In this document: in pieces, positions 26,766-36,840 of the stretch
Position numbering within the stretch: the first letter of the stretch is position 1
Layout of the letters: every line of letters starts with the position of its first letter
Assembly (NCBI GenBank): GCA_016201795.1
Contig: JACQCF010000004.1
Location: 74,117-138,116, forward strand
Direction of reading: 5' to 3'
Source of the DNA: Candidatus Omnitrophota bacterium
GTDB lineage: Bacteria > Omnitrophota > Gorgyraeia > Zapsychrales > Fredricksoniimonadaceae
DNA: 64,000 nt
Position numbers and translations under genes: made by a program
Notes under the pieces: generated by a model
The model's input: only the letters and a program-made list of their open reading frames with translations
The model's database searches: none
What the model was told of the DNA's origin: nothing

Positions 26766-27935
26766 ATGGCTGAGTGGATTGGTATTGGCCGCAGGGCACG
26801 CAGATGTTATGGATTTGATGAAGTGGCTTTAGTACCGGGTGATGTGACGGTTAACCCCAATGAAATCGATACCAGTTTTGTCCTAGGTAAACATAAATTT
26901 GAAGTTCCTATTTTAGCCGCAGCCATGGATGGAGTGGTGGATGTAAAATTTGCCATAACCATGGGTCAATTAGGCGGCATGGCCGTTTTAAATCTCGAGG
27001 GTCTGCAAACCCGTTATGAACATCCCGATGAAGTTTTGGATCAAATTGCCAAAGCCTCCCCTGAAGAAGCCACCAAATTCGTTCAAAGCATTTATGACAA
27101 TAAAAAATATCCAGTCAAAAATCAACTGATTACCAAACGCATTGAAGAAATCAAAAAAGCCAAAGTGCCAGCGATCGTCAGCTGTATTCCTCAAAATGCC
27201 GAAAATTTTTATAAAGTAGCCCTGGATGCCGGGGTGGATATTTTTATCGTTCAATCGACGGTTGCCACTGTTCGTCATATTGCCAGTGAATATAAAATTT
27301 TGGATGTAGAAAAATTTTGTACCGGTGCCAAAATTCCGATCATTGTCGGTAATGTGGTCACCTATGAGATGGCCCTTGATCTTATGGAAGTCGGTGCTTC
27401 GGCCATTTTAGTTGGTATCGGTCCTGGTGCGGCTTGTACCTCCCGCGGGGTTTTAGGCATTGGTGTTCCGCAAATTACCGCCACCGTCGACTGCGCGGCA
27501 GCACGCGATTATTATTTTAAACGACGGGGTCAATATATCCCCATTATTACCGATGGGGGTATGCGCATCGGTGGAGAGATTTGTAAAGCCTTTGCCGCCG
27601 GGGCGGATGCGGTGATGGTTGGTTCCGCTTTTGCCAAAGCTCAAGAAGCGCCCGGACGGGGATTTCACTGGGGCATGGCGACTTCCCACGCCAATTTGCC
27701 TCGCGGCACAAGAATACACGTTGGCATCAGCGGTACGCTTAAAGAAATTTTATTGGGACCGGCTAAGGTGGATGACGGCTCTCAAAATTTAGTGGGTGCT
27801 TTAAAGACCTCCATGGGATCTTTGGGAGCGCGTAATATCAGTGAAATGCACGACGTGGAAATGATTTTAGCTCCTTCCATTCAGACGGAGGGGAAAGTAT
27901 TTCAGATTGGACAAAGAGTAGGGATGGGAAAATAG
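26766..27935 (+). CDS. IMP dehydrogenase family protein lacking the CBS subdomain (GuaB-like, 389 aa)
   Basis: N-terminal …[10 protein letters not shown]…[12 protein letters not shown]…LGGMAVLN. Catalytic-loop motif [24 protein letters not shown] (IMPDH GIGPGSICTTR Cys loop). No CBS pair between the halves. The position upstream of guaA fits a guaB role, but a GMP reductase or GuaB3-like function cannot be excluded. Confidence 0.75.
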   Translation: MAEWIGIGRRARRCYGFDEVALVPGDVTVNPNEIDTSFVLGKHKFEVPILAAAMDGVVDVKFAITMGQLGGMAVLNLEGLQTRYEHPDEVLDQIAKASPEEATKFVQSIYDNKKYPVKNQLITKRIEEIKKAKVPAIVSCIPQNAENFYKVALDAGVDIFIVQSTVATVRHIASEYKILDVEKFCTGAKIPIIVGNVVTYEMALDLMEVGASAILVGIGPGAACTSRGVLGIGVPQITATVDCAAARDYYFKRRGQYIPIITDGGMRIGGEICKAFAAGADAVMVGSAFAKAQEAPGRGFHWGMATSHANLPRGTRIHVGISGTLKEILLGPAKVDDGSQNLVGALKTSMGSLGARNISEMHDVEMILAPSIQTEGKVFQIGQRVGMGK

Positions 27936-27945
27936 GAGATTCTTC

Positions 27946-29748
27946 ATGGCTAAAAAAGCCGCTAAAAAAATTCTTAAAAAAATTTCTAGGAAAATGGTTA
28001 AAAGGACGCTTAAAAAGAGAGTTAAAAGATCAGTTAGAAAATTAGTCAGAAAATCCGTCAAAAAACCAATTAGAAGAGTTATTAAGAAGATTGTTAAATC
28101 GAGAGTTCGAAAACCTGTTAGAAGAAAAAAATCGGTGCACGGGCTGATGAAGCCTATCAAGCTTCGCTGCTCTTCCAAAATTATCCCCATGGAGGTTAAA
28201 AAACAAAGAAGCCGTGACGTTATTCTTATTTTGGATTTGGGTTCTCAATACACTCAATTGATTGCCCGCCGTATCCGCGAAAGCAAGGTTTTTAGCCAGA
28301 TCGTTCCTTACAATATTTCCGCTAATGAAATTAAAGATTTTCACCCCAAAGGGATTATTCTTTCCGGTGGGCCGCAGAGCGTTTACGACAAAAAATCTCC
28401 TCTGCCGCTCGCGGAAATTTTTAAATTAGGTATCCCGATTCTGGGAATTTGCTACGGTATGCAGGCGATTACCCATATGTTAGGAGGTAAAGTCGCCAAA
28501 GCCAAAGGTCGTGAATACGGCAAGGCTGAGCTTTTTATTGACAGCAATAAAGACCTTTTTGTCAATCTATCCACGAATTTAACCTGCTGGATGAGTCATG
28601 GCGATGAAATTGCTACACCGCCGCCGGGCTTTGTTCGTATTGCGCATACCCTTAATGCCGCCAACGCGGCCATTGTCAACCGTAACCGTAAAATCTGGGG
28701 TGTCCAGTTTCATCCCGAGGTGGTGCATACCCAGAGAGGCTTGCAAATTTTACAGAATTTTGCTTACACTATTTGCGGATGCCTGCCACGCTGGACCATG
28801 GACCGTTTTATCGACGCGACGGTTAAGCAAATCAAAGAAACCGTAGGCCATAAAAAGGTGGTATTAGGTTTAAGCGGTGGAGTGGACTCCTCGGTGGCCG
28901 CCCTGCTTATTCATAAAGCCATTGGCAATAAACTTTACTGTATTTTTGTCGACAACGGTCTTTTGCGTCACAATGAAGCTTCTGCCGTTCAGCGGACGTT
29001 TAAAGGTAATTTTAAAATGAATCTGACGGTGGTGGATGCCCCCCGGCGTTTTCTGGAACGCCTCAAAGGTGTGGAAGACCCCGAACAAAAGCGTAAAATC
29101 ATCGGTGATGAATTTGTGCGGGTTTTTCAAGATGCAGCCAAACGCATCAAAGCCGTTGAATTTTTAGGTCAAGGGACTTTGTATCCGGATGTGATTGAAT
29201 CCGTTGCCGCCCACGGCGGTCCGACAGCTGTTATCAAAAGTCACCATAATGTCGGGGGGCTTCCCAAAGACATGAAATTTAAACTGGTGGAGCCTTTGCG
29301 TGAACTTTTTAAAGATGAGGTGCGATTAATCGGCAAGAATTTGATGATGCCGGACTCCATTCTAAAACGACAGCCGTTTCCGGGGCCGGGACTGGCTATT
29401 CGCGTCATTGGGGAAGTAACCAAGGAGCGTTTGGATATTTTGCGAGAGGCGGATGAGAGAGTACTCGATGAAATCAAAAAGGCCGGACTTTATCATGATT
29501 TATGGCAGTCGTTTGCGGTATTGCTTCCCATTAAAACTGTCGGAGTTATGGGCGATAGCCGTACTTATGAAAATGTTATTGCTATACGCTGTGTGAACAG
29601 TCTCGACGGTATGACCGCGGACTGGGCCCAGCTACCGCATGATCTTTTAGGAAAAATTTCTAACCGTATCATCAATGAGGTCAAAGGCGTCAATCGCGTG
29701 GTGTACGATATTTCCTCCAAGCCCCCAGCTACCATTGAGTGGGAATAG
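27946..29748 (+). CDS. guaA: GMP synthase (glutamine-hydrolysing) GuaA with an ~85-aa periodic polybasic N-terminal extension
   Basis: From ~residue 90: [21 protein letters not shown] (GATase), Cys in GICYGMQ, PP-loop [13 protein letters not shown]-terminal dimerisation domain ending …PATIEWE. Residues 1-85 are a K/R-rich 8-aa periodic repeat. A strong RBS (AGGAG) precedes the first ATG at 27946. Confidence 0.9.
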   Translation: MAKKAAKKILKKISRKMVKRTLKKRVKRSVRKLVRKSVKKPIRRVIKKIVKSRVRKPVRRKKSVHGLMKPIKLRCSSKIIPMEVKKQRSRDVILILDLGSQYTQLIARRIRESKVFSQIVPYNISANEIKDFHPKGIILSGGPQSVYDKKSPLPLAEIFKLGIPILGICYGMQAITHMLGGKVAKAKGREYGKAELFIDSNKDLFVNLSTNLTCWMSHGDEIATPPPGFVRIAHTLNAANAAIVNRNRKIWGVQFHPEVVHTQRGLQILQNFAYTICGCLPRWTMDRFIDATVKQIKETVGHKKVVLGLSGGVDSSVAALLIHKAIGNKLYCIFVDNGLLRHNEASAVQRTFKGNFKMNLTVVDAPRRFLERLKGVEDPEQKRKIIGDEFVRVFQDAAKRIKAVEFLGQGTLYPDVIESVAAHGGPTAVIKSHHNVGGLPKDMKFKLVEPLRELFKDEVRLIGKNLMMPDSILKRQPFPGPGLAIRVIGEVTKERLDILREADERVLDEIKKAGLYHDLWQSFAVLLPIKTVGVMGDSRTYENVIAIRCVNSLDGMTADWAQLPHDLLGKISNRIINEVKGVNRVVYDISSKPPATIEWE

Positions 29749-29806
29749 ACCAACAGGGTCTGTTGCTGTATAATACCTTCCTAAACGGTGATTTTCCTTT
29801 TAGACT

Positions 29807-32800
29807 ATGTTATCCTCAGAATTCGTCCATCTGCACGTCCATACGCAATACAGTTTGCTCGATGGGGCCTGTCGTGTTGACGCGTTGGTTCAAAAGGCCG
29901 CCAGCCTTGGCATGCCCGCTTTAGGGATGACCGACCACGGCAATATGTTCGGCGCCATCCATTTTTACCAGGCCTGTCAAAAAGCCAATATCAAGCCTAT
30001 CATCGGCTGCGAAGTCTATATCACGCCCGGCAGCCGTTTGGAAAAAAATAGCGACCAAAAAAGTATTTGTCATTTGACTTTATTAGCGGCCAACGGCGAC
30101 GGCTACGCCAATTTATTGAAATTAGTTTCCGCTGCTTACCTTGACGGCTTTTATTACAAACCGCGCATCGATAAGGAGATTTTAGCCAAACATGCCAAAG
30201 GCCTTATCGGCATTTCAGGGTGTTTGAAAGGCGAGGTCTCGGGGCATTTGCTGCGCGGCAATTTCGAAGCGGCGCTCAAGGCTGCACAGGATTACCGTCA
30301 GATTTTTGAAAAGGGTAATTATTACATTGAATTGATGGACCACGGCCTGAGTGAGCAAAAAAAGGTCAACGAAGACCTGTTGAAAATTGCACAAACATTA
30401 AATCTTCCCATGGTCGCCAGCAATGACGTGCATTACATCGAGCAAAATCAATCCATCGCGCATGAGACGCTTCTTTGCATCCAAACACAGACGACCCTCA
30501 ATGATGCCAACCATATGCGTTTTGGCAGCGATCAATTTTATTTTAAAGACGCCGAGGCCATGAAAGCCTCTTTTGCCTGGGCGCCACAGGCAATCAGCAA
30601 TACTCTAGCCATCGCCGAGAAATGCGATTTGAAATTGGATTTTGACCAATACCATCTGCCGCGTTATGAAGTGCCGCCGGCCAAGACCGCTGAATCCTAT
30701 TTGCGCCAACTATGTGAAGAGGGTTTTCGCAAGCGTTATCCCGCGGGGATTGCCGGTGATTTACGCGAACGCCTGGAGCATGAACTTAAAACCATCGAGA
30801 ACATGGGCTTTGTCAGTTATTTTTTGGTGGTCTGGGATTTTATCAAATACGCGAAATCAACTGGTGTGCCCGTCGGGCCAGGCCGCGGCTCTGCCGCCGG
30901 TAGTTTGGTCAGTTATTTGCTTGGCATCACCGATTTGGATCCCATCAAATACGGTTTGCTGTTTGAACGTTTCTTAAACCCGGGGCGCAGAAGCATGCCG
31001 GATATCGATATTGACTTTTGCTATGAACGCCGCGGTGAGGTGATTGACTATGTGACCAAGAAATATGGTTCGGCTAACGTGGCGCAAATTATCACATTTG
31101 GTTCCATGCAGGCCAAGGCCGCGGTACGCGATGTGGGCCGGGCCATGGGCCTGGCCTATGCTGATGTTGACCGTATCGCCAAGCTCATCCCCTACGAAAT
31201 CGGCATTACCATTGAGGAGGCGCTCAACGTGGAACCGCAATTGCGCCAGCTGGTGGAGGAGGACAAGACCACCAAGCAATTGTTGGAAACCGCCAAAGTC
31301 CTGGAAGGGCTTAACCGTCATGCCTCCATTCATGCGGCAGGGGTGGTTATTTCCGATAAACCGTTAACAGAATACGTACCTTTATTTAAAAGTTCCGATG
31401 GACAGGTGACCACAGCCTATGACATGGACGGTATTTCCAAAATCGGTCTTTTGAAAATGGATTTTCTAGGATTAAGAACGCTGACGGTCATCTCTGATGC
31501 TCTCAAACTTATTCAACAGCATAAAGGTGTAGATATTAATATTGATGCTTTGCCGCTCGATGATAAAAAAACCTATGACATGTTAGGCGATGCCAATGCG
31601 CTGGGAGTGTTTCAGTTGGAAAGCGGGGGGATGCGGGATCTGTTGAAGAAAATGAAACCTTCGGAGCTTGAAGATTTAATTGCTATCCTGGCTCTTTACC
31701 GGCCGGGACCGATGGGCTCTGGTATGCTGGATGATTTTATCAAGCGTAAACGTGGTCAGAACAGAGTCACCTATCCTCATCCTAAATTAGAAGAGGTGCT
31801 CAAAGAGACCTATGGCATTATTGTGTATCAGGAACAGGTTATGCAGATTGCCGCTGTTTTGGCTGGTTTTAACATGACGCAGGCCGATGATTTGCGCAAA
31901 GCTATGGGGAAAAAGATCCCGGCGGAAATGCAGAAGATGCGCCAGGCATTTATCGACGGCTGTGCGAAGGAAAGCGGCATCTCCCAGGAGGAGGCGGGTC
32001 GTTTATTTGATTTGATGGATTATTTTGCCGGCTATGGGTTTAACCGCAGCCACTCGGCGGCGTATGCCCTCATTACTTATCGCACGGCCTATTTGAAAGC
32101 GAATTTTCCGGTGGAGTTTATGTGCGCTTTATTGACCTCGGAACGTGATAACACCGATAAAGTGGTGGAATATGTCAAAGAAGCTGAAAACATGGGGATT
32201 AAAATTTTACCACCGGATATCAATGCTTCGTTAGCGCAGTTTTCCGTGGCGAACGATCACGCCATCCGTTACGGTCTTTTGGCGGTAAAAAATATCGGCA
32301 CTGGGGCTATCGAATCTATGGCGCAACAGCGTCAGAAAAATGGCCAATTTGAATCGATTTTTGATTTCTGCCGTCGAGTGGATTTGCGGTTGAATAACCG
32401 TAAAACACTGGAAAGTTTGATTAAATCAGGCTCCATGGATAGCTTGGGGGGCCGCCGGGCTCAGTTGATGGCGGCTTTAGATCGCGCTTTGGATGTCGGA
32501 ACCAAGACTCAGAAAGAAGAGCAAGCCGGACAAATTTCTTTTTTTAGCATGCAGCAAGAACAAAGTGGGTTTGGCCGCGGCGATGATCAATTACCGGATG
32601 TGGTCGAATGGCCGCAGGCTCAGATTTTAGCCAATGAAAAGGCCATGTTAGGATTTTATTTAAGCGGTCATCCCTTGGAGCGTTACCGGGCGGAAATTGA
32701 AGAGTTTGCGGATTTTACAACCGCTTCTTTAAAAAATGCCCATGATGGTCAGGAAGTACGTATGATCGGCCTCATCCAGACGGTAAAATTGACGACAACG

Positions 32801-33244
32801 AAAAAGACCAATGAGCGTATGGCCATTGTCGGTTTAGAGGATGTGGATGGCACCATGGAATTGGTGATTTTTCCATCGAGCTATTCAACCATGGCGGGTT
32901 ATTTGAAGGAAGGGGCTGTGGTCGTGGTCAAAGGCAGGGTTAATTTTCGGGACGGTTTACCCAAAATGGTTGCTCAAGAAATAGCAGGCATTGAAGAGGT
33001 CTATGGGCTTATTAAAACTATTCACGTAGATGTGTCCCAAGCTGGCAAAGTGGGGTTTGAGAAACTCAAAGAGAAACTGCGGCGTTTTCCGGGCAAGGTG
33101 CCGGTGTATTTGGAGCTAGATACCAAAAATTACAAAAGTGTGCAGATCTTAGTGGGAGAAGATTTGTTTGTGACGCCTTCGGAAGTGTTGATGGAAGAGA
33201 TTAAAGCCCTAGTCGGTGCCGAGCATTTTCGCGTGGCTATTTAA
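29807..33244 (+). CDS. dnaE: DNA polymerase III alpha subunit DnaE
   Basis: PHP domain (FVHLHVHTQYSLLDGA…). Polymerase core (…GVFQLESGGMRDLL…). OB-fold. 1145 aa. Confidence 0.95.
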   Translation: MLSSEFVHLHVHTQYSLLDGACRVDALVQKAASLGMPALGMTDHGNMFGAIHFYQACQKANIKPIIGCEVYITPGSRLEKNSDQKSICHLTLLAANGDGYANLLKLVSAAYLDGFYYKPRIDKEILAKHAKGLIGISGCLKGEVSGHLLRGNFEAALKAAQDYRQIFEKGNYYIELMDHGLSEQKKVNEDLLKIAQTLNLPMVASNDVHYIEQNQSIAHETLLCIQTQTTLNDANHMRFGSDQFYFKDAEAMKASFAWAPQAISNTLAIAEKCDLKLDFDQYHLPRYEVPPAKTAESYLRQLCEEGFRKRYPAGIAGDLRERLEHELKTIENMGFVSYFLVVWDFIKYAKSTGVPVGPGRGSAAGSLVSYLLGITDLDPIKYGLLFERFLNPGRRSMPDIDIDFCYERRGEVIDYVTKKYGSANVAQIITFGSMQAKAAVRDVGRAMGLAYADVDRIAKLIPYEIGITIEEALNVEPQLRQLVEEDKTTKQLLETAKVLEGLNRHASIHAAGVVISDKPLTEYVPLFKSSDGQVTTAYDMDGISKIGLLKMDFLGLRTLTVISDALKLIQQHKGVDINIDALPLDDKKTYDMLGDANALGVFQLESGGMRDLLKKMKPSELEDLIAILALYRPGPMGSGMLDDFIKRKRGQNRVTYPHPKLEEVLKETYGIIVYQEQVMQIAAVLAGFNMTQADDLRKAMGKKIPAEMQKMRQAFIDGCAKESGISQEEAGRLFDLMDYFAGYGFNRSHSAAYALITYRTAYLKANFPVEFMCALLTSERDNTDKVVEYVKEAENMGIKILPPDINASLAQFSVANDHAIRYGLLAVKNIGTGAIESMAQQRQKNGQFESIFDFCRRVDLRLNNRKTLESLIKSGSMDSLGGRRAQLMAALDRALDVGTKTQKEEQAGQISFFSMQQEQSGFGRGDDQLPDVVEWPQAQILANEKAMLGFYLSGHPLERYRAEIEEFADFTTASLKNAHDGQEVRMIGLIQTVKLTTTKKTNERMAIVGLEDVDGTMELVIFPSSYSTMAGYLKEGAVVVVKGRVNFRDGLPKMVAQEIAGIEEVYGLIKTIHVDVSQAGKVGFEKLKEKLRRFPGKVPVYLELDTKNYKSVQILVGEDLFVTPSEVLMEEIKALVGAEHFRVAI

Positions 33245-33255
33245 AGAGAATTCTA

Positions 33256-33284
33256 TTGCAAAAGAAGGCGTCTTTGGATATACT
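33256..33284 (+). promoter_or_regulatory. Putative promoter TTGCAA-17-TATACT for the rpsB-tsf-pyrH-frr operon (long leader)
   Basis: TTGCAA at 33256-33261; TATACT at 33279-33284; 17-nt spacer. ~160-nt leader before the rpsB ATG. Confidence 0.5.
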
Positions 33285-33408
33285 AACGCTTCACTTTATT
33301 GTCAAAGCCGGTGTTTAAGGGTATGAGGTTTGGATAGACACGCGGCTTTTAACCATTAATGTTTTGCCCCAGCCTGACTATTTGTGTCAACCACCGGCAA
33401 AATAAAGC

Positions 33409-33431
33409 AAGCCTGCCTGCCGGCAGGTAGG
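33409..33431 (+). repeat. Palindromic GC element AAGCCTGCCTGCCGGCAGGTAGG (family CCTGCCTGCC/GGCAGGCAGG) immediately upstream of the rpsB RBS
   Basis: A 20-nt near-perfect palindrome. A nearly identical copy lies at 40845-40867 and a degenerate copy sits in the groEL terminator stem. Confidence 0.7.
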
Positions 33432-33444
33432 GAGAAGTTCAAGT

Positions 33445-34185
33445 ATGGCTACAGAGTTAATTAAGCAGTTGTTGGAAGCGGGAGTGCATTTTGGTCATCA
33501 AAGCCGTCGCTGGAACCCTAAGATGAAAAAGTATATTTTTGGGGAACGCGGCGGCATTTATATTATTGACCTGGAAAAAACCGTCGAGAAATTAAGTGCG
33601 GCCCGCGACTTTGTGCGGGATGTGAGCTCTAAAGGAGGCAAAATCCTCTTTGTGGGTACCAAAAAACAGGCCCAGGATGTCATCCAAGAAGAAGCTGCCC
33701 GTTGTGAAATGCCTTATGTGAAATACCGTTGGATGGGTGGGCTTTTAACTAATCTGGAAACCGTCAAAAAATCCATCCGTAAGTTAAATGACATCGAAAA
33801 AATGGAAGCCAGCGGTATCACCGCGCGTTTGACCAAAAAAGAAAATTCGCTTTTGATGAAAGAAAAAGGGCGTCTTTTGCGCGATTTAGGCGGTATTCGT
33901 GATATGGCTACCATTCCTCAAGCCGTTTTTATTGTTGATACCAAAAAAGAAGAAATCGGGGTGGCTGAAGCCAACCGTTTAGGTATTCCGGTGGCGGGGC
34001 TTATCGATACCAATTCCGATCCGGATTTGATTCAGTATCCTATCCCTGGCAATGACGATGCCGTTAAATCCGTTAAATTTATTGTCAGTTTGATGACCGA
34101 CAGTATTATCGAAGGTCGCAAAGAATTTCTAGTCGGCAAAAAAGCTCAAGCACAGGCCGCGGCTGCGGAAGTGATAGTTGTTTAA
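33445..34185 (+). CDS. rpsB: 30S ribosomal protein S2
   Basis: …[19 protein letters not shown]…[10 protein letters not shown]…. 246 aa. Confidence 0.95.
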   Translation: MATELIKQLLEAGVHFGHQSRRWNPKMKKYIFGERGGIYIIDLEKTVEKLSAARDFVRDVSSKGGKILFVGTKKQAQDVIQEEAARCEMPYVKYRWMGGLLTNLETVKKSIRKLNDIEKMEASGITARLTKKENSLLMKEKGRLLRDLGGIRDMATIPQAVFIVDTKKEEIGVAEANRLGIPVAGLIDTNSDPDLIQYPIPGNDDAVKSVKFIVSLMTDSIIEGRKEFLVGKKAQAQAAAAEVIVV

Positions 34186-34203
34186 AGGAAAAGGGTTTAA
34201 ATC

Positions 34204-34662
34204 ATGGCAAGATCAGTCGATGACATTAAACAATTAAGAGAGGAAACTTCCTGCGGGGTGATTGAATGCAAAAAAGCATTGGAAGAAGCCAAGGGAAATT
34301 TTCAAAAAGCTAAAGAGATTTTAAGAAAGCGCGGACTTGAGATGGCTGCCAAGAAAGCCGACCGTGTCGCCAAAGAAGGACGGATGGAGGCTTACATTCA
34401 CAATGGTAATAAGATTGGCGTGGTTGTTGAAGTTAATTGCGAGACTGACTTTGTGGCCCGTAATGAGGATTTTTGTAAATTTACTCGTGAGTTAGCCATG
34501 CACATTGCCGCTATGAATCCGCCGGATGTTCAGGGCCTTTTGAGCCAGCCGTTTGTTAAAGACCCCGACAAGAATGTTCAGGACCTTTTGAATGCATTGG
34601 TAGCTAAAATTGGCGAAAATATTCAAATCGGCCGTTTTGTACGGTTTAAGGTGGGGGAATAA
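34204..34662 (+). CDS. tsf: Elongation factor Ts (very compact, 152 aa)
   Basis: N-terminal UBA-like …[37 protein letters not shown]. Core …[20 protein letters not shown]…. Ends …[16 protein letters not shown]. Confidence 0.85.
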   Translation: MARSVDDIKQLREETSCGVIECKKALEEAKGNFQKAKEILRKRGLEMAAKKADRVAKEGRMEAYIHNGNKIGVVVEVNCETDFVARNEDFCKFTRELAMHIAAMNPPDVQGLLSQPFVKDPDKNVQDLLNALVAKIGENIQIGRFVRFKVGE

Positions 34663-35381
34663 TGAATAAAAAACCTGTTTATAAAAGAGTTTTGTTGAAA
34701 TTAAGTGGGGAGGCTCTTTTAGGTCGTCTACTCCATGGTATTGAAGCGGAAATGTGCGCCTCTTTGGCTGAGGAAATCAAAGAAGTACATGAGGCAGGGG
34801 TTGAGATGGCCTTAGTCGTGGGTGGTGGCAATATTTTTCGTGGTCAGGTGGAAAGCAAACGTTTCGGCCTGGATCGTTCGGTGGCGGATTATATGGGAAT
34901 GCTGGCGACCGTCATGAACGGTCTGGCTTTGCAAAATGCCCTGGAACAAATCGGTGTACAGACAAGGGTGCTGACGGCCATTCAAATGCATGCGATCGCT
35001 GAACCTTATATTTTACGCCGGGCCATACGCCATTTGGAAAAACGCCGGGTGGTGATTTTTGTTGCCGGTACTGGCAATCCGTATTTTACCACCGATACGG
35101 CAGCGGCTTTACGTGCGACGGAAATTAATTGCGATGTGATCCTCAAAGCTACCAAAGTCGACGGTGTTTATTCAGCGGATCCAGCCAAGGACAAAACAGC
35201 CAAGAAATTTCATGAGGTCAGATTTATTAATGTGCTTAAGAAGAATTTGAAAGTGATGGATGCCACCGCCATCAGTATGTGTATGGAAAATAACCTGCCC
35301 ATTATCATTTTTAATTTACTCCAAAAAGGCAATATCAAGAAAGCTATTTACGGAGAGAAGATCGGGACGTTCGTGCATTAA
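34662..35381 (+). CDS. pyrH: UMP kinase PyrH
   Basis: …[11 protein letters not shown]…[10 protein letters not shown]…[12 protein letters not shown]…. 239 aa. Confidence 0.92.
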   Translation: MNKKPVYKRVLLKLSGEALLGRLLHGIEAEMCASLAEEIKEVHEAGVEMALVVGGGNIFRGQVESKRFGLDRSVADYMGMLATVMNGLALQNALEQIGVQTRVLTAIQMHAIAEPYILRRAIRHLEKRRVVIFVAGTGNPYFTTDTAAALRATEINCDVILKATKVDGVYSADPAKDKTAKKFHEVRFINVLKKNLKVMDATAISMCMENNLPIIIFNLLQKGNIKKAIYGEKIGTFVH

Positions 35382-35408
35382 AGGACGTTTGGGTTCAAGG
35401 GAGCTTAG

Positions 35409-35969
35409 ATGATCGCCAAAGAAATTCTTAAAGAGACTGAAAGTAGAATGAAAAAATGTATGGAGACGCTTTTGCGTGAATTTAACGAAGTGCGCACGGG
35501 CCGCGCCCAGCCGGCTTTGATTGAAGATATGCATATTGATTATTACGGTACTTCCACACCTGTGAAACAAATTGCTGCTGTTTCTTCGCCGGACCCACGT
35601 ATGATCCTCATTCACCCCTGGGATGCAACGGCGATTGTGGAAATAGAAAAGGCGATTTTAAATTCCAAACTCGGCATTACGCCGACTCATGACGGTAAAA
35701 TGATGCGTTTGAGTTTCCCGCCGTTGTCTTCTGAACGACGCGAAGAATTTATCAAGGTTATTAAAGACATGACTGAACGCGGTCGTGTGACCTTGCGGTC
35801 GATTCGCCGCGATGCGAATGAAAAGATCAAGAAAATTCAAAGCGAAGGCCATATGAGTGAGGACGATAAGTTTAAGTCGGAAGAAGAAGTACAGAAAATG
35901 ACGGATCGTTTTATCAAAGAAATTGATACTCTGCTGGAGAAAAAGAGCAAAGAATTACGGGAAGTTTAG
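35409..35969 (+). CDS. frr: Ribosome recycling factor
   Basis: 186 aa. …LREFNEVRTGRAQPALIEDMHIDYYGTSTPVKQIAAVS…LRSIRRDANEKIKK…. Confidence 0.92.
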   Translation: MIAKEILKETESRMKKCMETLLREFNEVRTGRAQPALIEDMHIDYYGTSTPVKQIAAVSSPDPRMILIHPWDATAIVEIEKAILNSKLGITPTHDGKMMRLSFPPLSSERREEFIKVIKDMTERGRVTLRSIRRDANEKIKKIQSEGHMSEDDKFKSEEEVQKMTDRFIKEIDTLLEKKSKELREV

Positions 35970-35970
35970 T

Positions 35971-36046
35971 GACCCACTAGCTCACCCGGTAGAGCACTAC
36001 ACTTTTAATGTAGGGGTACCGCGTTCGAGTCGCGGGTGGGTCACCA
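35971..36046 (+). tRNA. tRNA-Lys (anticodon TTT)
   Basis: Acceptor GACCCAC/GTGGGTC. Anticodon arm CTACA-CTTTTAA-TGTAG. T-arm CCGCG-TTCGAGT-CGCGG. Encoded CCA. It starts 2 nt after the frr stop. Confidence 0.85.
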
Positions 36047-36129
36047 GGTTTCGTTCAAAAATTTTCATGTGTTGAACTTCGCCTGGCAGAGCCCGGCGAA
36101 GCCAAAGGCGAAAGCACTTTGGCGAAGAC

Positions 36130-36214
36130 GGGCGGATGGCGGAATTGGTAGACGCGCATGCCTTAGGAGCATGTGGGGTAACCCGTAGAGGTTCAAGTCC
36201 TCTTCCGCCCACCA
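36130..36214 (+). tRNA. tRNA-Leu (anticodon TAG), class II with long variable arm
   Basis: Acceptor GGGCGGA/TCCGCCC. Anticodon arm CATGC-CTTAGGA-GCATG. Variable arm TGGGGTAACCCGT. T-arm AGAGG-TTCAAGT-CCTCT. Encoded CCA. Confidence 0.8.
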
Positions 36215-36254
36215 AATTTTTGTAAAACAAAAATTTGGTTTCTGAGCGAACTAC

Positions 36255-36330
36255 GCGGCGGTAATTCAGTTGGTAGAATGCCACCTTGCCAAGGTGGATG
36301 CCATGGGTTCGAATCCCATCCGCCGCTCCA
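36255..36330 (+). tRNA. tRNA-Gly (anticodon GCC)
   Basis: Acceptor GCGGCGG/CCGCCGC with discriminator U. Anticodon arm CCACC-TTGCCAA-GGTGG. T-arm ATGGG-TTCGAAT-CCCAT. Encoded CCA. Confidence 0.85.
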
Positions 36331-36354
36331 TATTAAGGTATTTCTGGGGGTTTC

Positions 36355-36825
36355 ATGAAAATTACTGAATTTTTATGCAAAGAAGCGCTGACGAACGATT
36401 TAAAAGCAACGACCAAAGCGGAAGTGATTCAAGAAATGGTGGGGTTACTGGTTGATACGGGAGCGATTGATAAAAAACATAAGAATAAAGTGGTTGAAAC
36501 CCTTATGGCGCGCGAGGCTCTGGGTTCCACCGCTATCGGACAAGGCATCGCTATTCCTCACGGTAAATCTGACAGCACCGATCAATTAGTGGCTGCGTTG
36601 GCCATTAGCAAAAAAGGAGTCAATTTTGATTCTCTTGATGGAGAGCCGGCTTATATTTTCTTTTTATTGGTGGCTCCCATCGATTCCGCCGGTCCACATT
36701 TGAAAGCTCTTGCCAGAGTTTCCCGTCTCTTAAAAGACAAATTTTTCCGCGAAAGTCTTAAAAATGCCAAGATACCTAAAGACATGCTGGAGCTGATTTC
36801 GCGGGAAGACGTGCGTGTCAGTTAA
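36355..36825 (+). CDS. ptsN: PTS EIIA-Ntr nitrogen regulatory protein PtsN (fructose-family IIA domain)
   Basis: 156 aa. …LGSTAIGQGIAIPHGKSD… contains the phosphorylatable His motif of EIIA(Fru/Ntr). Confidence 0.8.
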   Translation: MKITEFLCKEALTNDLKATTKAEVIQEMVGLLVDTGAIDKKHKNKVVETLMAREALGSTAIGQGIAIPHGKSDSTDQLVAALAISKKGVNFDSLDGEPAYIFFLLVAPIDSAGPHLKALARVSRLLKDKFFRESLKNAKIPKDMLELISREDVRVS

Positions 36826-36840
36826 CCATCACTAAAAAAG

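Noticed and set aside
27867-28190. 107-aa minus-strand ORF antisense to the guaA N-terminal extension
   Set aside because: It is generated by the AAG/AAA-rich 24-nt repeats, and its translation is a leucine/phenylalanine low-complexity string. There is no independent coding evidence.
35997-36284. 95-aa minus-strand ORF spanning the tRNA cluster
   Set aside because: It overlaps three confidently folded tRNA genes (Lys, Leu, Gly) on the opposite strand. It is an artefact of stop-codon-free tRNA sequence.
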